The position numbers and the translations under genes are program-made. The notes below the pieces were generated by a model, which did no database searches, was not told where the DNA came from, and was given only the letters and a program-made list of their open reading frames with translations. A DNA stretch of 64,000 nucleotides. Origin: Octopus vulgaris (taxonomy: Eukaryota). The DNA is taken from the NCBI GenBank assembly GCA_951406725.2, contig OX597816.1:125798001-125862000 (forward strand). Reading direction: 5' to 3'. This document shows, one piece after another, positions 38,647 through 53,062 of this stretch (its first letter is position 1; the number at the start of each line of letters is the position of its first letter).

Positions 38647-41600
38647 ATATATATATATGTAACATACATACATATGTAGAATTACATAATCCAGTGTACT
38701 CAAATCTTCTAGTGACAGAGTTATAATTTGCAAGAAACTATCATCACTGTCATCATTATTTAATGCTTGTCTGTCATGCTGGCATGGTTGGATGCTTTCT
38801 ACAAAGCCAGAGAACTGCATCATACTCCAATGCCTGCTTTGGCATGGTCTCTATGGCAGGATGCAATTTCTAATGGCAATCATTTTAGAGTGTACTGAAT
38901 GTTCTTTCCATGGTACCAATACTACTGAAGTCGTCTAAAAATACTAAGCAGGTTGATGATATAAAGTAAAGTAAATTGAGAAGGAAAGATTTATAGTTTT
39001 ATAGGGTGGTAGTAGAGAGAGTAATATTGGAGGGGTATGGCAGAGGAGAAAGGGAAAGAAATGGAACAGTGTCATGGGTTAGTGACAAAGGGATGGACAG
39101 GATGCAAAGGTGGTAAGGTGAATTGAGTAGGAGCATTGAAAATGTGGGAAATGCCAGCATGGAAAAGGTAAATGAGTACTGGCAGTATCATCTGTACAGG
39201 AGTATGTCTGATTGTAAATAAGTAGATACCAGTCATTAATACTTTGACAGAATCCAATGATTGACAGAACCACTCACTGAGGTACACACGATTTGACAGT
39301 GCATGGTATACTGGAGCAGTCCAAGCAAAAACTTGTTTAATAATATTTTACATATGCTTATACATAAAACTGAAGAGTAATAAAGTTTCTGGAATGCAGT
39401 ATAAGAAATGCAACAAAAGAGAAACTAAATCTCACAAGTAAAATATACAATAAATAAATTTACAATAATCAAATAGCTACCCACCTCATTGAGACCTTGT
39501 GCTACTTTTTTCATTTGTTCTTCACAAATACCTTTTGTTTGATTAGCTACTGCATGCTGACGTTCCAACTCTGACTGCAAATAAACCTTCATTGCAGTCA
39601 TTTCTAGCTTTGTTAGGCTGGCTTTGACAATAGATAGTTGATCGTATTGACTCAGGAAGCTCAGGGGATCTCTAATAAAATTCAGGAAATGAATTATTGT
39701 CAGTAATAAACAGAAACAAACCTATTTAATATATTGAAGGAATTTTTATTAAGATTTAAAGAAATGACAACAGAAAATGTACATCTGTTCATGTGTGTAT
39801 CAATATCCATATTTTCTTTCTTAAGCTAAACTCCCACAGAAAAATATGCATGGTTGAATTGAGCACATTAAAAAATATTTGCAGTAAACAGAAGTTCATA
39901 TATATATATATATATATACTAGGGATATACAAGAAAAATCAATAGAAGACAGAGATATCAAAATAGATTATAGTACAGAGTATTAATAGGCAAAAAAAAC
40001 TAATGTTTTACAACATTATTACAGTAAATATTTACTTCAAAGAAGTCAGTAATATTTCAAACCATACTGCTAAAATATTCTATATAATAATATTGCTATA
40101 ATTTCATAAAAGGTAAATAAACTTAGTTTGATAGCAGGATTAATACACTTACAACAACATTGGTGTTAATATGAAAATAGTCTAAGTTACAATATGAAAT
40201 AAAAAATTAAATTACAGTAGATGAGGTTATTCTTGGTAACAGATAAAGGAATATATCCATTCCAGAGAGAGAAAAATGGAAATTATGAAGGTAACAAAAT
40301 AAAAATATCATACAATATGTGTAAATAAGGGAAACCAATAGGCTGATATCGTGAATATATAAATTGACAACAGTTCACATATGTATATAGCTAAAATAGA
40401 AATGTTTCAAGTAACTTAAATTACACTACACAGACAAGAATTATTGCATTATCCTATAAAAAACATAATGATAATTTTTCAGATTTGAAAATAATACCCT
40501 ATAGCTTATGTGCACATCAGATATAGAATGGTTTACTTCTAGAATTATATATTTTCAGCCAAAAGAAACTTAACAACCTAAAATCAGCTCTTGCAAAAAT
40601 GAAATTAAGGAGAGAGTCTAGCATAGATAAAATGAGATAAGGAGACACATCAGTTCGAAGCAAATTGAGCAAAGAAATATGTTTTAATGAAGTAGATGAG
40701 AGAAAATATGATCTGGTTTTTCTTTAGTATGTGCATTTCTATGTGCGTAAAACAGAATGAGGTTTGTGTATGTGGGTGTATGTCTGCATAAACACATGAG
40801 CAAGATCTATGTGTAAGAAGAACAGAAAGAGAGATCTGCTGTGTGAGTAAATGTGAGTTGTGTACTTGAATTTAAAAGCTGCTTACAAGAAGAATATAGA
40901 AATAACACATGAACTATCATCATCATCATCATCATCATCATTTAGCGTCCGTTTTCCATGCTAGCATGGGTTGGACGGTTCAACTGGGGTCTGGGGAGCC
41001 CGAAGGCTGCACCAGGCCAGTCAGATCTGGCAGTGTTTCTACAGCTGGATGCCCTTCCTAACGCCAACCACTCCGAGAGTGTAGTGGGTGATTTTATGTG
41101 CCACCGACACAGGTGCCAGACGAGGCTGGCGAACGGCCACGCTCGGATGGTGTTTTTATGTGCCACCGACACAGGTGCCAGACGAGGCTGGCAGACGGCC
41201 ACGCTCGGATGGTGTTTTTATTAGATAAAATGAGTTATTTTTGAGAAAGTGGTTAAACTATATGAAGACATTTTACTAGATTAGCAAATTACATCAAAGA
41301 GATAAAATCTGAAATATGATTGCAATAACTATGATAATTAAATTTAACAAATTAACACGTTAAGTATAATCTAAAAGCTTTGATATTTTATAATATATGA
41401 GTGAAAAAGGGTTTACCAGATGAGGAACAAGTTTAATTAGAAGATGGAGTATTAATGATATATCTCATAAGCATTGTTCTTTACTTTAAAAAATGCATGA
41501 AATTATAACACTACAAAGTATGAATTCACTTGAAATCATAGTATTCAGGAAGCTACTATTTGTATGAACATTTTTAGTAATATATTAGTAGTCAAAAATT

Positions 41601-44600
41601 TCTTCTGAATGAAAATATATTGCAAAATTGAAATGTTAGCATAAAAAAAAATCTGGTGATAGCAAAATTATATCAGAACAGATATTAAGTTCAATTAAAT
41701 AATAAACATTGAAGATAAAGCTCAATTAAACAGTAAACAATGAAGTAAAACCCAATGGTATGGAGTGCAGAAAGAACTCATTCGTATTCTGTCAAAAATA
41801 TAGAAATACTTCAAAATATGCATAATCAGACATGGTCTAAGATGAAATAACAAAATAAATCAAATACTTTAATAACTGTTACGCAAGAGATTTTTAAATC
41901 TTCAAAGAAATAAAATAAAACGAATACCATCTTATGCTTATGTGCATCCACACACACACACACAAGAATGTAATAGACTCCATGAAAGGTCATTTTGAAA
42001 AGAAAGCGGATATTAGCTAATAGTCAACTTAGTGGACTGACAACATTTTAAAAATGTTTGATTTATCTAACAGAAATAGACAAGTGAATTGACATCTCTA
42101 AATTTTAAGTGATCATGTGAACTGATAAAAGAAGAGACAAAGGAGAAAATGACAAGGATATATGGAAAATATAAAAATACAAATCTGCACAATATATCTA
42201 AGAAACAGAAATTAATAAAAATATTGAAATACTTCTGTATTTTTTTAATTAAATAATTTTAAATATTAAATACATGGACATAGACAATGCACACAAATGT
42301 CTAGAAAGTGAGTGCTAGGTCTAACATCTTTGGTAAAATGAATATCTTTCTATGTTCTACTTTACTCTATCCATTCAGTCAAGTATTAAATCAAACTCTA
42401 GGGGTGTGGGAGTCACCACTTCATTGCTTTAACATGCTAGATAGTTTCTGTATTCTGGTGGAAGTTTTTTTGAAAGTGGAAGGTCTTTCATATAGAGTGC
42501 TCACAATAATGTTGTTACTTAACAACCAATGCTATTCATTCTTGACAATATTATGAACTGCCTTTAAGCTAATCACAGCCAGCAAACCTATCTATTCATT
42601 AATCTTCTTTTAATATACATTATGATTTCAAGGAAATAGTCTTAGGAAAATATAACTAATAATTCAGCATCACAGTTTCAATGTGAAAAGCTCTTCAATT
42701 CATTTGAAAATTGCATGCTCTAGTACTTTTTTCCAACCAGACTTTAAAACATGATTTATCTGTGCATATCACATCAATATTAAATCTATTTTTAGACTGT
42801 CAGAAAGGAACATAGAATTTGTTATCTGTCTTTTCAAAGTCATAAGTTGAAAAATCTGACATTATCTCTTATTTTTACCATTTATCTATTGAATTCTTAA
42901 AGTTATATTGCCTGTCACATCTTCTCTAAGTTGTATTTTTAAAACAATGCTAAAAATATTGGCAACTAAAAATTGCAAATGAAGAAAAAAATTATGTTTA
43001 CAGATATTTTTAATGCAAATGAACTAGCAGAAAAGGCTAAATACAGAATTACAAGAATTTTAAAAAGCACATTTCCATGTACTTTAGGTTATAGTGAAAA
43101 AGAACAGAAACAATTACATAAAATATGCAATTTACAACACAAAACTTATGGCTGAAATACATAAAAAAAAACAAGCTGTTAATGAGTTCTTGACTTTTAA
43201 TGAAATCCAGTTATTAATTTTATCAGTTATTTATATATGTATATTCAATAAAGATGCTGTATTAGATGAATTAGATATGACTTACTTGTTAATGGCATAT
43301 ATAATAACCATGAATGATGTAAGAGTAACCAATGTGGAGTAGAAGATTTGACATGAGAAGTAGATGACAGATACCATCAGATGACGTTGGTTGAACAAGG
43401 AAACCTCATTTGCATCTATACAACCTTTTCAAAAGAGAGTTAACATTTAAGAATAAGCAAAAAAAATAAATCAAAAACATAACATTTTCAGTAGGTACAA
43501 AATATGTTTGGTGTATTTTGATTTAATATTTTCCTGTTAAGTACTAATAATTTAAAGGTTATATAAAGCAATTATGCAAGACATAGAAAGTAATCACCTA
43601 TCAAATACTTAGAAATATTTACGATATTTAATTAGATAAATAATCAGAAGTAATAGTAAAATATTCAATACACATTTGTTTAATGCCTGTATGTATTTAG
43701 GTATATATGATGGTATTTATACATGTCTGTGCATATATATTATGAAATTTATCAAAAGTTATGATTTTAAGGATAGCTAACTAAGATGACAAGTGATAAA
43801 TCTAACATGGAAAAGTATGCATTAAACTGTTAGAATATATAAAATTCATTCAATGATTGTGAATCTATTCTAAAGAAATACATTTTTAGATAGTGTAAAT
43901 GCAAAAGTGCAAATTTTCTCTTTCATTTGCTTAGATATGATTTCAGCAAATATAAAGATTTTTGGGAAATACTTATTATGGATAAGTTTGCTAATAGTGC
44001 AAGAGTAATTTAGAATATAGGTTGATGACTAAAGGTAAATCTATGCTAAATCATTTCATGGGTTGTAATCACTTACGACAAGATCCAAATCTTTGGTAGT
44101 AGTTGTAAAAACAATAGCTGCCATCTTTAAAGTGAAAAATCAGATATCTTGTTCAGTAAATAAATTTCATTTTATTCTCATACAAATTAATTTTTCATAT
44201 ATAATTATTAGACTGCAAAAATTTATATTTCTTGAGAAAATTTATCAATGATAATTTTCCGTTTCATTAACTCTTGGGTTAATGAATGTAACAGTTAAAA
44301 TATTTATATGCAATGCAAAGACAGTATATATACAGCATAGTTCCTTCATGAAAATACCAATATATTTTGGAAAGTCTCATTAAATTTTACATTTCAATAT
44401 TTTCAAATTCAGTTTCTCCAACTAGAATATGTAAATTTCTGAAAATTCATGGATTTACAACTAAATCTGGAATCAGGTGCTTTTTCAAGTGAACAGTCTT
44501 TCAAAGATAAACTGTTCAGTTACAAAGAATTTAGGTAAAATATATTAAGCTTTCAGCTGAGGAATCAGTAAAAATTTCCAGTTATCCATTCTAAAATAAA

Positions 44601-47600
44601 AGAATAATCTAATAAAAGCACTCAACTTTGAATAAAGGGAAAATTGCAGCAGATTCATGTATTGTAATGCAAAAGTTCTTAATTCAAAAACTGATATTTT
44701 TCTTGACCAAATTTTCACTTCATATACTTTTTAATACTTTACACAAAATATCAATATTTTAAACATATTTTGGATCTATTAAACTAAAGAATATCATTTT
44801 TGCAACACAAAAGCTAATATACTTAGAAACCATTTAAGTAATTACAAGTACAAATGGTTTGAAAATCATTAACAATCCCAACATTCATTAGAATGTTTCT
44901 GAGTTTAATCACTTACATTCTTTTACTCTGTTCTTTTTCTTTCACTTGTTTTAGTCATTTGACTGTGGCCATGCTGGAGCACCACCTTCAGGGGTTTTAG
45001 TCGAACAAATCAACCCCAGGACTTATTCTTTGTAAGCCTAGTACTTATTCTATTGATCTTTGACAAACTGCTAAGTTACAGGGACATAAACACACTAACA
45101 ATGGTTGTCAAGAGATGGTGGTGGAGACAAACAGACACAGACACACACACCCTTATATATAATATTACAATTAATAAGAGGAATGACCACTAAAATGGAT
45201 TCCTATACGCTAGAGATAGATGTGAAATTGCCTTATCTCTCTTTGTGGTAAGGTAATTTGACATCTATCTCTAGCACATAGGAATCCACTTTAGTGGTCA
45301 TTTCTCTTATTAATTGTAATATAATTTTTAAACCTTTGGATTTTTTTTTTTTTTTTGAATATGCTAGACCACTGATTTAAATTGATGTCAATTGATTGTT
45401 ATCAATTGCTACAGTCATTTTTTTATATATATATATATATATATATGTAGATATATGGTTAATCCAAACAAGAAAGCACAAAAAAACACAACAATGCGAG
45501 GACATGGAACAAATATAGTATTACTGGATGCTCAGGAAAGAAGGAAAGAAGGAGGGTTTAACGTTTCGAGCGGTGCTCTTTGTCGGAAACATAGGAGAAG
45601 GAAAGATCCAGAGAAGGGAAGACAGAGCCAAAAAATCGCCAACGGTACACACGCGGTCACATTTTGAATATATATATGCCAAGTTACTTGAAAATTATTC
45701 CTTGAGTTCAATCTACATATAGTAATATTTTTTTTAAAAACATGAATTCTTTCATCTCTATTTTTTTTGATAATTTCAATAACTGAAATACAATTGGAAG
45801 ATTGCTTAAATGAACATATGCTTATGATGTAACAATGTTTCAGAATACACAATTTAATAAATTAGAAATATGACAATGTGATATATCTTATGATCATTTT
45901 GCTCTTGAGTAATGGAAATGAATATCCTAAGTAGTATCTATTTCTCTTTTGTTCCATAGAATTCATGGACTAATTGTTTAAATGTTGACTGTAAATGTGC
46001 AACAAATTATTTTGGAAACCCTTACAGAAATTACAGATGAAACTAGTCTATAAGGCCACAAAAATGTACAATATGTGCATCATGGAAAAGCTTCACAGAA
46101 TTTATCAAACTAAAACTAAATCAGGGGTTTTGGATACATTTTAATTTATTGATATTCTGGTAAATTCTCTTCAAAGAACTTAAAAAGTTTATGATAAAAG
46201 ATTTCCAATCACATAATACTGTTTACTGTACTGGTTGATTTATTTCTTTTTCTTTCCACTGATGATACCTAATCTCCACAAAAAATGCTTGTGAAACAAA
46301 TTTATGTATAGCTAAAATCTTCAGTTACCACACACACAAAACTGTTAGAACTTTTCTTAAATGATAAAAATCAAATTCTTAATCTAATTTCTACTAGAAA
46401 AATACGACTGTCAAATGCCTTGCTCTATTAGTAATTTATGTGTACATATAATACAGCTAATTTTTTCAAGTGTCTTGAGGAAAAACTTTTAAATATACAA
46501 CAACTGTTTACATATTGAGAGAAAGATCACTACTATATTTTACAGGAGTTACTTGAAAGAAAGATTTAATTATAGATAATTAACACTTTACATCACATCA
46601 GTTAACTTTTGTCAGCTGTACAGATATTAACTAACAATGCATGGTTTAGCCAATTCACATGTATTTGCTGTAGGGGAAGGTATGTTCAGTTTTAAAAGGG
46701 GTTGGCCTACCATATGGAGTGGTCAAAACCCACTTCACAACACTGGTTGATTGGTAGGACCATGCCAAATGAGACAGATTTCTTTATATTCTCAGAGAGT
46801 TATGAAATTAAACAAATGAAAAAGTTCAAAAATCAACTGTAAGCTAGAGCATCCTTACTTGAATATCTATTAGTGAAAGCTGAAATCTTAAGGTTCAAAC
46901 ATCATCAAATCTTTCAAAGAAAATCTTGTTACAGTGAATATCAAAGAAATACAAAATATAGAAACATCAGAATAAGGTTTACAAGTAACTGCTTCATAAT
47001 ATGTATTATGTAATGATATTTTAAAAATATCCTCAATATCAAGTCATGTAAATATACAAAACAAGTTTGCTTTCAATATTATAGTAAAGATAACTGCTGA
47101 TTATGGATATCAAAGGTATTTGGAATAGTAAGCAACTAAAATCTCAAAAAAATCATTTCTGGTTGGAATTATTTATGTGTTTTAATGAGAATAATTTAGG
47201 ATAAATGCAAAATCTTTAATAATTTAAAAGCACACTGGCAGGAAAAATAGTTATTGGTATCATAAAAAATAGTTATATTTCATATTTTAAAAGGTATATT
47301 TTTCATAGGCCTTTGATGTATACATTTCTTAACCTTTACTTTTGCATACAGTCTATGAATAATTTTACGCAGCAAGTTTTATATAAGTTTTAAATTAATA
47401 AATTTATAGATAACAAATTCATAGCTATTCATAGAGTAGCACAGATTAAAAACTGAAAATCTAATTTTACTTAATGGCTTGTGTTGAAATATATTTCATA
47501 TATTTCACTTTAATCATTTAGGATTCAGTATAAAAATTGTAAATGCACAGATTCAAATGATACTAAAGTCTAGTAATGTAGGTTTTACACATATAAATAA

Positions 47601-48326
47601 TTGTTTCATGAATAATCCAGACTATACTCTTACAATCAGAGTTTAAATACCTAAAGCAATATGGCAGTCCATCAAATACTATATGTCTTATACTAAATTC
47701 TTCAAATCAGTTGTATTTATAGACACACAAAAACAAAATTATATATTTCAAATTCTATATTTCTGAGACTCAATATAACTATAATTAAACATTGATTTAT
47801 GCAAACTCTCAGTCAGAGCTTAGCTTTCATAAAACACTGCATCAATAATTTCTTGTATTGTTGTCAGGTGACATCACACACTGAACACTTCTCCTTTCTC
47901 TAAATCCAGCACTCTCTAATTATGCCTCAACAAATTATTGATTTATAGTTCAATGAGATATTTCAGAGTTTTCTTTCCAAACAGGCAGCCAAAGTTAAGA
48001 AATAATTTTTATCAAAATATCAGATGAATGTGATATGTAGAGAAAATTATTGAACATAATGCAGTTTTAAATCCATTAACCAAAACTTTAATTTAAGGTG
48101 TTTAAAATATGTAAGTCAATGCTCACTGACCTTGTCTTGCAACAATCCCAAAACCAGCGACAGACAAGAGAATTATTATAGCACCACAAATGGAAGCAAT
48201 GAATGGAATGAAAAAACTTCCACTGCTTGAAAAGAAAGGATTTTTCTTGTCATATCCGTCTTCATCAACAACTATAAAAAATGCAAAAAGTAATAGATAA
48301 ACAAAATACATGTGACTGTGTGTATT

Positions 48327-48359
<33 letters not shown>

Positions 48360-51300
48360 TAGGCAAAGACATAGTAAGAGTGGTTACCTGTATAACTGAT
48401 GGCATGCCTGAGAGAGCCACCACAAATAACAGTAGCCCTAAGAGAGCTCCCTGAGGTACTCTTCTCACTATTGTTCTCTTGCATAAGGCTCCATTGGTTG
48501 CTACAGACTGGCTTCTGTCTTTTGAGCCATGTAACAACTCCCCCAATTTTCCAACTGTGCTAAGTCCTTGTAGCTTGTGACATATCATCCTGTGATCAGC
48601 ATTATCAAAGGCCATTACAAAATCGAAATATGTCACATCTACATTTGAGCAATTCATAAGTTGTTTCAGTTACCAGTAATGATCCTGCAGAAACTGTGTA
48701 AGGCAGTTTCTTCCAGAGAGGAAGCCCCATTTGGAGTCAGGGAGTGAGCCATTATCTTCTATGAAAGTAATCAGCTTCCTTCTGACAATTTGTTCAATGA
48801 CTTTGTTGACAAGTGAGGTTAGAGAGACAAGCCTATAACTTTTAGCATCTGGTCTACTTCTTTCTCCTTTAATTTTCACTTGCAAGGAAGCTATGGATGA
48901 TGATCTGCAGTAGTCTTGCTAGAAAGGTAGAATTCATTTTTACTGTCCTCATCATTTAACGTCGGCCTTCCATGCTGTCTTCTAATGACATACAAACTTA
49001 TCTTATTTCTCACTTACAATATATATTGTGTATATTCAATGGAGAAAGATTATGCATAGGTGACAACATCTATATTAAAATCCCAGTTAAGTTGAAGGTA
49101 AAACAACATACTTTATCAAACTGCACACCAGAATTAAATTTACATAGCTCAAAGGTCATGCATAGGAAATTAACAAAATCTTTTATAAGGACTGAAAAAA
49201 TAATTCTAATGACAATAATTCTAGTGAGCTGGTAGAAAAAACATAAAGCATTAAAAAATTTAATGTTAATACATTACCTGGTGCTTCTTCTTCAGATGTT
49301 ATTGGTTGTTTCTCGGGTGGGTCTTGGGGAGGCCTGTGAATAGTAAGATGATATGTGACATTTGCATCCCTGACGGAAGCCGTGAATGCTTTTTCCACAT
49401 TTGCTGCATCTGAAGTTGGTATACTGAACGTCAACTGGAAATGGGGTGGACATTCCACTAGTAAATCATATTGGAACAATGGCTGGTCGTAATATGTTGT
49501 GTCAGTGAGATTCACAGAAAAGAATCCTGTAAAAGGATAAAAAGAATATATGTATATATATAAATTAGTATAAAACTAAATTAATTTCACATACAGACAC
49601 CCACACAAATATATGAAAACACCTTATCTCTCATTCATAAGCTGTTTCCAAAGGTCATAGTCGTCAGCCTATTGAAATATCTTGATGACCAGCAACTGAG
49701 GGAGCATGCAAGTTTCTGTAAAAACTACAGTACAATAGATCACATATGAACTCTAACAAAGCTTATAAAAATAGTAAAAATATACAAGCTGCCTCTATGC
49801 ATCACTTTCATCAATAATGGAAAAGTTTCCAATAACATTGAGATGAACATGGTGAAATCTCTAAAACTGCAAGGAGTTCAGTTGCAATGCATCAAAGTGC
49901 TCAAGAATGCAAAATCTACATTTTTATGAAATACTTACCAGGGCAAGCTTCAAGACTTCCCTCAAGCATAACCACCCATCTTGAAGAGGAATGCTGAATG
50001 GAACCAGATAGGGAATCATGTTTAATTCTTCCGTAAGAAGCAACCCACTGCAGCAAAGACATCGTACGTGGAACACGGAATATAGCCTTAGGAGTGACAC
50101 TGTTATTTACAATCATGTATGTGTTATCCCGGATATGGGATGTTAGAACATCAGTCATTTCAATATATGGTTCATCCTTTTCGGATACCATCATCAACTT
50201 CTCCAGGATGTCGTGACTACAATTCTGCAAAGCTGTAATATATATATCATAATAGTAATTGTAGAACGTCTTCATCCAAATAATCGTTAATATCTATAAT
50301 TTCTATTCTACACAGAAATATTAAATTTTTAGCATTGTAGTAGTAATAGTCATTTCTACAATAGGTACAAGGATAGTTGATAACATCGACCCCAGTACTT
50401 GACTAGTACTTAATTTATCAACCCCGAAATGATTGAAAACAAAGTCAACCTTGGCAGAATTTGATCTCAAAATGTAGAGACAGACGAAATGCCACTGAGC
50501 ATTCTGCTAATGATTCTGCCAGCTCACTGCCTGTAGTAGTAATAATAAAGTGAAATATCTCTCTAACTCTTCACACAGGATAATTGTGCTGTAGTGTAAA
50601 TTTATTTCTGTAGCCTCAGATTATAATGAGTTGCCAGCTATCTTCACTAAAACCTACAGAATCAAAACTTATAAAATCTGAGCATCAGTTGTGTCAATCA
50701 TTAACTAAATATTATTTTCTCAGGTATATGAAGCCATCAACTGTAGAGCTTTTATATGTCAAATATTTATTGTTGAAAGGCATTCTATCCTTATGAATCA
50801 CATCTTTTCTAGTAAAATTTTATTCAAGACTACACTTTCCAGTATTTCCATCTGCTTTTAAGATTGAAGAGTAAAACTGAGCTTTGGTTGCTATTTTAAC
50901 AGGTCAAGAGATTGTTTATGGATTGATTTATTGGAGAAGCATTTATTCAACAGTGGCGCACAGGCCTTATATTAGATCCATCAAGGATCATACCACTTTG
51001 CCTGGTCACTAAAATATACTTAAAATAGTGATAAATAATACTTCACAAAACTAACTCCAGTGATTGAAACCTAGAATATCTTGGATGCTGAATCATGAAT
51101 ATCCTTAAGTACTCAGATGTCTACTTTGTAATAGTAGAATTCATTGATATAATTAAAGAAATGCAACAATAACTCTATGATTCAATGTTGTTTTTAAAAT
51201 CATTTGTCACAAATTGTAGTTGATTAAAAAGATAAATGTATTTAGATAAATTCTAACCATATTTTTTTACAAAATACTAATCATTATACCTCCTCCCCAA

Positions 51301-53012
51301 ATTTGCAGTATCAAATGATATTTTTAAACATTAACAATTATAAGCAAATAATAATGATGATGATGATGATAATTACCCCAGTTCTGCAGGCTAACTCCAA
51401 ACACTTCTTGTGGATGGATAAATAATTTATCACCTTGTACCACAGAACCAGCCAGATTATGGCCAGATTTACGATGCAATCCAGACTTTAGGCTTTTTGT
51501 TGTTTGGTCCATGGCAACTATATCAGGCATCTTCTCAAGGCCAGAACTGATATCTATCTGAAGAAATTTATATCTGAAAAAATATAAAAATATTGTGTGT
51601 CTCATGCATTTACATTTCAGGAATAAACTTGCTTTAAATTAACAAGAAAAATTGTAATAATTAGTTTTTGAAGAGAAAGTAGAGTTGTGTAAGACACTTG
51701 TCTGATGGATAATAAGGACGGTTTCTATCACTGACTGCAAAATAAGAATATGTCATCACAATAATTTCCCATCATACATCAAAAGGAAAAGTAATTGATT
51801 TACATTAAGCTACTAATCATTTATTCCATTAACTGATAAAAACAGACTACACAGCAACATAAAAAAAGCCATAATGATATATTTTGTTCCTGAGAGAGTC
51901 TATAAACTACCTTCAATAACACTTGAGACACAACACTTCTCCATAAATATATCAGACACTGTTCCACTAGAAATATGTTTGTTAAATCATTAGAAATATA
52001 ATGCAGACACAAAGTAATGAGCTACAGCATTATTTACATTCATTTAAATCATTTTATATCAATAGAATGTTAAAATAAACATACACAATGTTGTTCATTG
52101 AACCATCTCTAAGCCACTCGGGTTTTGCTCCAATCTGGAAAGTTTCCTTGTATAAAAGTCTTTCGTCATACATAATGGCAAAGTCCACTTCCAGAAGCGT
52201 CCTCTGAGCAGTTGGGTGTACATGACAATACATAGTTTCCTTAAACATAGGTTTTAAAATAAATTCAAGAACACTACCTTTTAGGCATCTGAAAGTAAAA
52301 CAAAATTCAAAAAACTATAGAAAACTGAAGCAGAAAAACTTCTTATCAAAGTAATAGAATTCACAATAAAATAATACACACTAATATTGTTTATTAGCTT
52401 CAAAATAAAAGTTTATTTCTTTATTTTATGTATTTCAAGATACTGCTTTTTTTAAAAAACTTGTGTTAATCACTAAGTACATTAATCAATGTAAACTACA
52501 GTAGGAATCATTTAATTCTTCTTTGTAATTTACATGAAAAAGTAGATGAATAAATCTAAGTATTTAAAATTATATTATATTATCAATAATTAACTTAGAT
52601 AATTATAAATGATAATGAATTATTGAAATAATGCTAATCATTTTGGAGGATAAAATAGGTTTTGGTTTGGAAGTAAAAGATTTAGTATTTGACTGTTATA
52701 GATTAATGGTTGCTGTACAAGTCAGAGTTTTATGAGCATCCACAGTGTTTGCAAGAGTTTTAGAAATGTGCTGTTTCTGAGAAGAGAAGGTTTAGGGCTG
52801 TGTATGTTATAACTATGTATTGGTTCTGTTAAATAACTATCTCATAGCTGAGAGATGAAATATGACAAGTAGATAGAATGATGTCAAACTAGCCATGCAG
52901 CCCTCAATAAAGGGATCTCTGGAAGCCTTATAATGATATTGATAGGGTAAGAAATTCAAGTGGATAAAGTTTTATGTGAACATATGTTTGTGTGTATTCA
53001 TAAAACTTTATC

Positions 53013-53062
<50 letters not shown>

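Noticed and set aside
41092-41220. CRISPR-like array
   Set aside because: Two adjacent units with no spacers, in a eukaryotic repeat; no cas genes.
48127-48131. Alternative donor CA|GTGAGC for exon F
   Set aside because: Shifts phase and leads to a stop at the start of exon H.
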